Shown here: one piece after another, positions 10,126-20,953 of the stretch
Layout: each line of letters starts with the position of its first letter
Numbering within the stretch: the first letter of the stretch is position 1
Assembly: GCA_002189035.1 (NCBI GenBank)
Contig: CM007992.1
Location: forward strand, 1,426,001-1,490,000
Length of the DNA stretch: 64,000 bases
Direction of reading: 5' to 3'
Source of the DNA: Utricularia gibba
Lineage: Eukaryota > Plantae > Magnoliophyta
The notes under the pieces: model-generated
Database searches by the model: none
What the model saw: the letters and a program-made list of their open reading frames with translations, nothing else
What the model was told of the DNA's origin: nothing
Program-made: the position numbers and the translations under genes

Positions 10126-12733
10126 CTAAGTGTCGTTCCAGGCAGCGAAGAAAGGGAGGTTAAGTGTGGTTAGTGGCTCGTGCCTCAGCTCTGGAGGTGA
10201 AATCCATGCATTTGCTGCTGCAGCAGCGTTTGAGTTGAGTAACAGCATGTTGCTACTTCCCACTGCTTCTGCTTCAGTCTTCAAATTCTGATGGCCGCCA
10301 CCACGGTATCCTTCCGGGCTGCCTTCCCTTGAGCTGTTCAAGCTCGTGACCAACGACGAGGGATTGGAGAAATGCGGAGGAGCACCGCCATTGCTGCAGT
10401 GATGAGCACCGACGAGGTCATGGAGACCAACTGCAAATGCAGGGGGATTCGGATACTGATGGCTGCTGCTTTCCCTGATCGGCGGTGGCTCCAGGATCGC
10501 GTCATTTGGCTGATCACCGAGCACTATTTTCCAGTCAGTAGAGTTGGGTTGGGGACAGTTATCCATCTTGTTCCTTCGCACTACTTCTCCTCCAGAAGGA
10601 AGGCTGCTGCTGGACATGATCTTGTCCACCTCGTACCGTGAAATGTCGAAGTTGGTAACGGCGTTCACTCCCCGGAATTTGATTGCGGCGATGTCGTAAG
10701 CCTCGGCTGCCTCCTCCTGCGTACCTGAAAGCGAACAAGAATCACAGCAAAGTGAAAACCGATTGGAGAAAAGCTACTCCTCCCCCCGCAGTGCTTCTTT
10801 TCACATTGTTGGTTGGTGCCTTTAAAAAAGCTTCATCCAGATGAACACAATCCAATTTTGACACACAGTCAAAGCTGGCTGCTGATCAGCCTTATAAAAG
10901 CTTTGAAAAAGAGATAGGATAAAGTGTTCGCCTACTGCCTTTCCTCAAAGGAGAAACCAGAGCAAAGAATCCAATAAAACTAGCTTGCAAATCATGATCC
11001 TTGCTCTTTGAAATAGTAATTCATCTTACTGAAGGTTCCAAGGTAGAGATCTTTGTTCCCAGCCACACGGCCGATCCTTGCTTGCCATCTTCCATGCTGA
11101 TGATGCCTGAAAACGAACAGACAACCCCTTTGTTTGAATGCAACTCCTAAAATCTGGTTTGTTTGTAGTAAAAGAAGTGGGGAATGACCTCGTCACACCC
11201 CGGTAAATCGAGGCACCCCTTGAGAATCCACTGCTTTTCCTGAAACAAATGAGGATTAAGGTTCAAGATGGTGACATCGCTGGCTAAAAACATCAAGGAT
11301 TCGTGAATAATATATACCTCCTCAGATGAGCAACGTATTCCTGCCTGGTCATGTTCTTCATTTCCTCTAGTTCTTGATGGTAGTTCTCCAACTGTACCAA
11401 CACATCAAACACTTCAGGAAATTCCACGAAAAATCCAATCGTGAATGACAATTTCACACGTACAGCAAAGTTTATGTGCGTAGAAGGACCCCAGTACTTG
11501 AGGGCAGCAAGATCATAAGCTCTAGCTGCCTTCTCTTCCATATCATAGCCTCCTGGGAAGTAGATTCTCAAGTTAGTGATGATCCAAGTTCAAAAACACT
11601 GCTGATATTCCGTTTATTACGGCAATGTTTTTACTCACCAAGGTAAACTGAGGATCCGCATGTTTTGTAGGGGGGAGATTGGGCACCATGATGCACAAAA
11701 TGATGAGTGAGGACATCCTTTGTACAAGATAAACTGAAAGTTTCGTTTTTGCTAACCTTGTCTTCCTTTCCTTGTTTGTCCTTCTTTCTTGCAGCTGTTA
11801 TCCCACAAGTGAGCTTCATACCTTCCAGTCCATCTATGTCTGTTTAATAAATGAAAACCTAAACTCACGTCTTAATCAAAAACTTGTGAGAAAAACTACG
11901 AAAATCAGACCTTGTAACTCCTCTATACTGAGAAGTTCTTTGCCCGAATGTGTCAATAGATTTTCTATGAACTGTTTGTTTCTGGGCTAACTTCTCAGAG
12001 CCTCTTTTCTTGGGCATACATTCAGTGGGAGAGATCTGTCTTGTGGCAGTAACACAGCTTGATTGTGAACCAGGGCTCATAGACAAGCTTAAAGACTGTT
12101 GTATGTCTCTCGAAGGACCTCCATTGGGAACCATCATGGTGCTGCTGTCGCTGTTATTGTTGCTGGTAATGGTAATGGGAAGGGGAAAAGCTGATGCTGA
12201 TCGCTCCAGGTTTTGTGAAACTGCATTTCATCAACAGTGATTGCGGGAATCCGACCAACGAGGTGGGGTTGCCCAGAAAACGCTTCATGTCCATAGAAAA
12301 CACTGTCTAAACTCAGAACCATTCCATAGAAAACTGTCTAAACTCAGAACCATTGCTTCATGAGCCGCCATTGTTGCACCTCCCAGGAAGTCTTCAAGTT
12401 TGGGGGAACTGGGAACCATTCCTTCACAAAAGGATGAAACCTTAGAAACACAAGAAAATGAAATGCGTGGCGGAAGAAAAGGAGAAGAAGAAGGAAACCT
12501 CCAAGGAGACATAAAGACCCATCTGACTTGAGAGGCAGCATAGAGAGAGAGGACGAAGAAGTAGAAGGAAAGTCAGAATTTTGAGGGTTACTGAAAGAAG
12601 AAAGATAAGCCATTGCAGAAGCGGAAGAAGCTTCAGTCAACCGGGATTCAAGATTAGGATTCGCAGCTTCCATATTCATGTGGGGAGAAAGGGAAAATCC
12701 CAACCAGCCATTTTCTTCACTCATGGGCTTCAT
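10126..12733 (-). CDS. ANT: AINTEGUMENTA-like AP2 transcription factor (euANT lineage, two AP2 domains); exon 2 frame is disrupted as assembled
   Basis: euANT motifs [50 protein letters not shown]; AP2 exons [88 protein letters not shown]. Frameshifts at ~12324-12354 and ~12177-12193. Confidence 0.9.
11639..11647 (-). other. 9-nt microexon (V-Y-L) of the first AP2 domain
   Basis: Minus strand reads cag|TTTACCTTG|gtgagt and completes RKGRQ-VYLG-GYDMEE; this microexon is known in ANT/WRI1-type genes. Confidence 0.9.
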
Positions 12734-15700
12734 TCTTTCTTTCTTTTTTTACACAGAGAAAGCAGAAATCAAAGAGGAAGAGAAGTAGCAATCATTGACT
12801 TCCAAATGAAAACTGCAATGATTTTGAAATGCTGGCTCCAGGGGCAGTGAGTGATCTTGCCTTTCGTTTTCAGAAACTCATCGCCACGAAGAGCTCTCTC
12901 TCTCTCTCTCTCACTTTCAGACGCACAAGGAATGAACAGAGGGGGGGCCTTTAAAGAAAACAAAAGGGAGTAAAAGAACAAGTCTCAGCAAAGGGAACGA
13001 TGCTGCTGGCAAGCAGGTAGCATTTCTTTAACTAAAACTACAATCCCTTCATTAGTTTAACGATCCCAAATCCTTGGCTTTAGCAACTCCACACACTCAA
13101 GATTTTTACTTTCCTGAAAAAACACACCTCAGACACCTTTACAGTCCACTTCAGATTCCCAGTGTTGGATTTTCAAGGCGGAATGATTGACTTCTTCTTG
13201 TTCTTGTTCGATCAAAAGTTTCAAAAATCAAAATCAAACCACCCATCACTGAGTTTCGCAGTAAACTCATTATCCTGGTTACTGGATCGTGGGTCTCATT
13301 GTATCGGCCTCCAATTTGTGACGGTGAGGGCTTCATGAACAGAGCGGCGAAATCAGGGTGCGTTGACGGAATCTATCGCACAACTCGCCCTCACCTGGGC
13401 GCCCTGTGACTGCTCATGCCTGCTGCGGCTGCCCACCACCCTACTCTACTCCCTCTTTTCTCTTCCGCCTGCGTCTCTGTCTTTTTCCGCAATATAATAT
13501 AATATAATTTTAAATACAAACGCCAAATAATAATTTAATATATCCCAAATATACAACTAATATAAAAACGTGATTCGAATCATGATTAAATAAATCGTTC
13601 GTTTCTTTTAAAAAAACCTTTTTAATGTTTAAATCATAAATCACAACTAAGTCGTAGTTAAAGTGCAATTAGAATAGAATTCATTTCTTTTTTTATTTTA
13701 AATATATTCAAATTTAATTCCGTTTAATCGATGGTTAATGGTTATTTGATATTGATTTTTCGGCCAACTAAACATGCTCCAATATTTTTATATAATAAAA
13801 TATAAATTAACAAAAAAATGATACTCCCAATTTTATTGATGGAGATGGAGCAACCAATGGAATATGTGGTATCTTATTTATTTATTTGACATTTTCATTA
13901 TTATTTTTATATCTTCACGCATCCCGACAAATACAAAAATTCCCTCACAAAAAAACAACACCAGGTTGCTTTATAAGTGTGACAACAAATAATGCTGCAT
14001 AAAAATGAGGGAAATTGGACAAAATATGTTGTATTTTATTTATAAATTATTGATTTGTGGTAATTTCAAAGTACCAAGCGATATTTAACATTTCGCTATA
14101 TTTTTATTTAACTACGAGATATTGTGTAAAAAATCTAAATATTTAAAATTTTGAAAAAAATTAATTTTTACTAATTAATATAAGTTACACATTTTGTTTC
14201 ATTAGTAAAATCTATTAGTTTTCTTATCGGACATAATTAATTTTTAAACTTTGACATATTGAACATAATTAATCCATAAAATTTTATATTTGAGACCTTT
14301 TAGGTTCTCTGGATATAATTAGTTTCTGTTATTGAAAGATTAGGTACAGTTAGTGATTAATTTTATCAAATTTTAAAATAATTTAAGACTACGAATATCA
14401 ATTATTAAGATTATTTATGTCAAACAGATTATGTAATAGTGAGTATTAAATTATGGAAAATCAATTTCTTCGATGTTTTGAAACAATGGACGCTAATTAC
14501 GTCAAATTAGAGATTATTTTTGTAATTTTCACAAATAATTAGAACAGACGAAACAAAGTTCTCATTATTTTAATCTAATTTCCATGTTTTTACGAATATA
14601 AGATATTGTTATTTAAATAATATTATTCGTAATTTATGTATATTAAACCTAGAAAATGGAGGTGATTCTGAGGGCCGCGTTATCATGAATGAACAGAGCT
14701 ACTTCCGTTGGGGCGGCGGCGGCGGCGGCGATAATGAAAGGAAAGGAAAGGAGAAGGATGGAAGGGGTAGGGAGGGGGGTGAGAAGAATGGGATGAATAC
14801 CCTAAAGGAAAGGAAAGGAAAGGAAAGGAAAGCCTGCTGCGGCATCAGAGAAGTTAATTGGATTCAGTGGACAGACAAGTAAGTTACCGTCCCAGTTGTT
14901 AAAAAAAAAAAGAAAGAAAGAAAGAAAGAAAAGAGAGAAGAAGAGGAAGAGGAAGAGGCGTTTTGTCTGTAGAAGTAGGCTCGATGTCGCTATCCAACAT
15001 GCGGAGGCTTGCGTGTGGTGTCGCCATCGCCTTAGATTGGAGTTACCCCATTGACCTGACCTGACCTGGTTGTGCCTAACTAAAAACAAAGAGCGAGGGG
15101 AGGGGAGGGGCGGATATCCAGCCACCCACTTCATGCATCCCATCCAAGAGGGAGGAGGAGGGGGCGGACAGGTGGGGAAGCCTCTGCGGCATCGTCTGCC
15201 CCTCCTGCTGCGTCTGCTGTTGGCGCACCAGATACTGAATCAGGACGAAGAAGCGGAGAAATGAAGAGACTTCTTTATTGTGTGGGGTGATGCAGCATTG
15301 CATTGGATAACTATGCACGCACAGAGGAGGGAGAGAGGGAGGGAGGGAGGGAGCATCTGCTTCTGCTTCTGCTTCTGCTTCTGCGTCTGCATCGGCCTGG
15401 CCTTAAATGGGCTGCCACGCTACCAAATTTGCAGACCTCCTCCTCTCCTCCGCTCCGCCTCCTCTCCTCCCATCCCATTAAATTCAGACTGGATTGCATT
15501 GCAGTACCAGAACAATGGATTTGTAGCAGATGCTTCTTTTCTTCTTCTTCATCTGTATACCTTTTCACTTCTGATGTTGGAATACATGTTCTGGGTGAAT
15601 TGCCAAGTAGGCTTGTCAAAAATATGTTTGCTATATGGTACTATTTCACAAACTTTTGTACTATAGTCCTATTTTTTTTTTTTTTAAATATAATATATTT

Positions 15701-15944
15701 AATATAACAAAAAATATTTTTTATTAGAAAATTGTAAAACACTAATAAATATATACATATATATGTAACATTTAGATTTTATAATGCATAACATATATAA
15801 TTAATCGTTTTTAGTGAGAAACGTTTATATATATTTTAATTAATTTTAATTTTATAAAAATATACAATTTGTAATGAATTGTAATTGAATTCTTACTTAT
15901 AGGTTTAACAAAGATAAAAAAAAAATGCCAATTAATCTAAATAC

Positions 15945-16797
15945 GTAAAAAAGTCATATTAACGTAATTATGTATAAACCACGATCATATAACTAGCTTA
16001 CGCAGTAAAATCTTTTAAAGATCAAAAGTTTAATTCACGTTTGTCTCAAATAATATATCATTATTCATATAAAATTACAATTGAATAAATATTAAGTATT
16101 TTCAGTTTTTTAGTTAATTATTTTTAATATAATAATATTAATTTTATAAAAAAATAATTTAAAATGAAAATAATTCAAATCACCAATAAATCTATGTGAT
16201 CAACTATGCTATAAAAATAGGTTTTATATAAATCATATTTTGATGATTAATACTATAGAATTTAGGGTTTAGGGTTCTATATTTAAGGTTTAGAATAATA
16301 TTGACATATATACTAATGATTTACATTTGTTGTGAAGCAATGGGATGCTCGAATAATGCAGCGTGATCGAGGGTCTTCATTGTGACTCTAAAAGCATGGC
16401 TTCTGAAAGCAGTTGATGTACGTATGCCGATATTATCCTAAACCCTAAATATAAAACCCTAAACCCTAAACTCTATAACGTTAATCATCAAAACATGATT
16501 TATATAAAACTTGTTTTTATAGCATAGTTGACCACATTTTATGTTAAGATTTATTGGTGATTTTAATTATTTTCATTTCAAATTATACATTTTTATAAAA
16601 TTAATATTATTGCATTAAAAATAATTAATTCAATAACTGAGAATACTCAATATTTATTCAATTGTAATTTTATATGAATAATGATATATTATTTGAGACA
16701 AATGTAAATTAAACCTTTGATCTTTAAAATATTTAACTACCTAAGCTAGGTATATGGATGTGATTTATACATAATTACGTTAATATGACTTTTTTTC
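15945..16797. mobile_element. Non-autonomous foldback / MULE-like element with ~350 bp inverted arms
   Basis: Left arm (aaaaaagtcatattaacgtaattatgtataaa...) is the reverse complement of the right arm (...tttatacataattacgttaatatgactttttt); TTTAGGG/CCCTAAA motifs at the inner arm ends; ~130 bp unique spacer. No clean TSD found. Confidence 0.8.
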
Positions 16798-18941
16798 TAA
16801 TAAAAATTAATCTTTTTATTATATTAAATATAATATATATAAACATAAGGCTATTTAGCAAAAAAATAAATAAAGTAAACACAAATGACTCAAAAACTAC
16901 TCTGCATTAAAACCCTTTTTTGTTACCAATATCCAACTTATCCATTCATTTCTCAAAATTGTTTCCCGAGAGTAAATCAAATCAATTTAAATCAACGTTT
17001 GTAAGTTTCTAAAATCAATTATATTATGATATAATTGTTTTTATATTCCAAACCAGTGTTTTAACGGGTAAAATTCATTAAACCTTTTAATTATGGTTTT
17101 GGATTAAACTTTTTTTAGAATGGGTTGAAATGGGTTCATTAATTTTTAATTATATTTATAAAAATATTAAAACATAATTATAAAATCATATTTTAATGTA
17201 TCAAAATATTTAAAATATAGAAAATTAAATGTATATACATAAACAACTGATATAATTACATTAAAAAACTTTATTAAAATCATTTTTATTATTCAATATC
17301 ACATTCAATAATGTATAATCTAAATACAAATGAATATTTTATAGTATCAATACAAATACATATATAAAAATATAATTATTAAGATTTATTATATATATAT
17401 ATATCTCAATTATTTACAATATCTCTTATATTTACTATTAATAATCTCCATAAGATATACATTAAAAAAATTTTTAAAAAAAGAAAATAAAAGTAAAACA
17501 AAATAATTAGATCCAACCTATTAAAATATGGGTTTGGATCTAATCGAATCGAAACATTATTCTAAACAGTTATTAAATTTTATTTTATTAAAATTAATTT
17601 TTAAAAATCACTTAAATTCTATGAATCATGTGTTTTCGTTATAAAAATTGTTTTTTGAGATTTAATTTTAAAATTGAAATTATAATTATAATCATTTTTA
17701 TAAATAATTATAATTAATATTATTATAAATAATTTTATTATTAAACATGAATACTTTGAAATATGATGATATAAATGCTTCACAAAATTAAGTTGAATAG
17801 ATTAGTAATAAGATTGAATGGAAGCCCTCGCACTTCACATTAACCCTGGAGACCAGTTGATTCAATTTTTTGAACAAAATTTTAAGATCCGTGTCGGGCT
17901 GAATATAGGACGGGCCCAGACGATTCCAGAGGCAGCTATGGGCTCTTCTTATCGGTGATTGCCCATAATAAAAAGAAAAAAAAGCAATTTATTCAAAATA
18001 AAATTTTTTTAATAGAAATGGTTTGTATTTGATAATAAAATAGATATTTAGATTTGCTTGTTGCTGATTTCGCATGCAAGTTGTTTAGTTGACAAATATA
18101 TAATTTGAAGCATTAAAAAAGAGAAATAATTAGCCATTTATTAATACTATAGTTGTTATTACAAAATTTGATTATTTTTCTAATCCTATACCCTCAACTT
18201 GCGATTGAAGGTAAAAAAAAAAATAAAAAAAAATAGAAATCCTCCTCCCACGCATTGAGGGAAAAATTCAACAATTCTCTATTGATATGCTTATCTAAGG
18301 TTAATTAAAAATAATAATAAGAAGAAAAAGTAAATTTGAACCACCTCCGTCTTATCAGTATTAGGTATGTTATATTGAATGAAGTAACAAGAATACTTAT
18401 GTTTATATTTACTTATTTAGTTTTATTGAATAAAAAATTTATTTATATTCGTTTATTTAAAATTCAAAATAATTCACAAATATTAATGAAGAAATATATA
18501 TAATTAATTATTATATTTTTATTAATATTTTTAATTCAAATTAGCATTTAACATATTTTAATCAAGAAAAATGATTGAAAATTATTTATAATTTAACTAC
18601 TAACACAAAAATAATTTATAATACAAATAATTAAAATATGCTTTATAACATATTTTATATTAATATAAAATAATTAATTTTAATATAATATTGTATATTA
18701 TAATCTAACGTTAAACTTATTTATGTTCATTCATTAAATTAATTGAATATAAATTTTATTTGTATTTATTTATTTATATTATTCAAATAAAAATAAATAA
18801 TCTTAATCGAATTCATTCGAACATGAGTCATTTATTAGTTTTAACATAGTGATTTCATTTCCAAATATAGTTTTTTTTTGTAGAGTATGAAACATTAGGC
18901 GCAATCTGAATAAAAATTTGTAAAAATATACAACAAATCAA

Positions 18942-19840
18942 TCAACAGCGCGTGGATAAGGCATTTGAGCTGTGGCAATGGACGCAGAGTCGGCCCACTG
19001 GGACGTCCAGCCGGCAACACAAGCAAGTGTCTGGTGCCGCCGGAGCCCCATTAAAAGGATCGTATATAGGCTTGGGCTTTTCCGACATCGGCGCCGGCGG
19101 CGGCAACCCTATCGACAACTCCAAATCGAGAAGGGGGTGCGGGGAGGAATCTCCGAGTCTGATGTCGACTGGGGGGGAATGGGGGGAACAGTTGATGTTG
19201 GTTTCCGGGAGATACGGCTTTGGGGTTTGTGGATTCGAATCCCCTGAATCCATTGAAGCATTGGAGGCGACGAGTGGGCGATGGGTTTGAGGATCTACGC
19301 CGCCGCCGCCGCCGTTAACGAGCTTGCGCTTGAGATGTGTGTTCCAGTAGTTTTTGATCTCGTTATCTGTTCGTCCGGGTAATCTCCCAGCTATCAAAGA
19401 CCATCTGTTGTGGTTCGAATTGAAGGGGTCGGGTCACTCCCAAATAGTGAATTCGCTAAAACTTCTGACAACTCCACTAGCAGGGGGGAAAAAGAAGCTG
19501 CTGCGTACCTGTTACCAAGAAGATTGTGAAGTTTGATGATCACATCGACTTCTTGCTCACTGAAGTTGCCCCTTTTGAGATCAGGTCTCAAGTAGTTGAT
19601 CCACCTGAGTCTGCAACTCTTGCCACATCTCAGCAATCCTGAATATTTAGCAGGAACCAATCAGACCCCATACCATCCAGATGAAAGCACAGAAACTAGA
19701 CAAGTACCCGCAGCTTTTGGGAGAGAGCGCCAGTTGCCCTCTCCATGAACTCTGATATAACTGGTGAGCCGCTGGTCCTCTTCCTTCGTCCACGCACCTC
19801 TGTTGGTGTGACCCTTTTCGCAGCAAGGGGACCTCCCCAT
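18942..19840 (-). CDS. R2R3-MYB subgroup 4 repressor (MYB4/MYB308/MYB3-like)
   Basis: Exons 19840-19708 (133 bp), 19638-19509 (130 bp), 19404-18942, the typical R2R3 layout. [22 protein letters not shown]...[11 protein letters not shown]; EAR-like LDLELSIG; C-terminal CLCC-x9-CVHC. Confidence 0.93.
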
Positions 19841-19999
19841 CATCCAATCCCGGCCCCTTTCCTGTGCACTCAAGAGACGAGAGGAGACAAGATGACTGGT
19901 GGATCAGAATCGCATATGATGCGCACCAGAGAGGGGAGAGGTGGATAAATAGCTGGAGAGATGCATGCACCAGGCAAAGATATGGATGGAAGGAAGGTC

Positions 20000-20059
20000 G
20001 GTTGGTTGACCCCCTAACTCCAAAGAGACAACTGATGGGCAGGGATTTGGTGGGTAGGT
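20000..20059 (-). promoter_or_regulatory. Two AC elements upstream of the MYB gene
   Basis: Minus strand ACCTACC (20053-20059) and ACCAACC (20000-20006), 160-220 bp upstream of the ATG. Motif match only. Confidence 0.45.
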
Positions 20060-20953
20060 ACACTTTAACAGAGAACCTGGCTGGCGCTTGCCGTTCCTTG
20101 GCTTTGTGCGCTTTTAAAAATGATGCTGCCCGTCGTCTTGTTTGGTTCTATTCCATTTGGATATGATTTGGCACTCAGGATAGAATGCGCCCACATGGGC
20201 TTGCTTCCCTGCCTCCCCCCATCAACTCCAACTCCAAACCTTGTGCTTTTAAAAAAAAAATAAAACGGCACCCCACTTTTACTGCTGCTTAATCATTCAA
20301 GCATCTTTTCTAAAATTAGTAAAGAAGTCATGCACACAAGTTGCTCAAGGCACATATGATATGCATATAGCCCACGACCGATTCTAAAAATCTAAATAAA
20401 TAGATGAGCAGCATGATCTGTGGCGTTTGGAGAAATGGTCAGTTATTGGAGAACTTGGTTTTGGAAGGTATGGGATTGGAAAATGCAGGTTAAATGCGAA
20501 TACATGACAAGGTGTACGTACCACAGTGGGAGGCGCTGGAGGTCGGTCAAGGTCAATAGTGCACCTGCACCTTTCCCGCAGCTGTACGCAAACAAACAGG
20601 AGGTATGTAATAAAATCAAGGAGTTTGGGTGGGTGGTATACCAGAAATTCGGGTCTTTGACTCGTGTGGTTTGGCTCAGAACTCGGGTATCAGAGACACG
20701 ACAAAGTGGAAGGAGCCAGAGACTGGATGCAAACTTCTGCTTGTGTTCGTCCCAAGGGAGTGAAGGTATCAAGCAGGGAGGAAGGACTATCTATCCCTTT
20801 GAAGTAGTGAGTGGACGTGCGAACATCATCTTACTCAAAGGTCGCAAAGATTTCATCATCTGTAAGCGGTATCATATACCAAACCTTCTGATACTTGCAA
20901 CAAAGACAAGAGCTACTTACCCGCGTGGTTAGAGTATTTGGGAAGGGCTCGGC

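Noticed and set aside
15130-15240. Cys-rich reading SLCGIVCPSCCVCCWRTRY that resembles a CYSTM peptide
   Set aside because: No in-frame ATG after the upstream stop and no acceptor site to supply one.
16261-16470. Interstitial telomere or chromosome fusion site
   Set aside because: Only 2-4 units on each side, and they are part of the arms of a foldback element.
17507-17543. Short hairpin ttagatccaacc...ggtttggatctaa
   Set aside because: A common motif in AT-rich non-autonomous repeats; no boundaries could be defined.
20557-20577. 14-nt match to the 3-prime part of miR530 (TGCACCTGCACCTT)
   Set aside because: The miRNA 5-prime positions do not match and there is no hairpin; likely chance.
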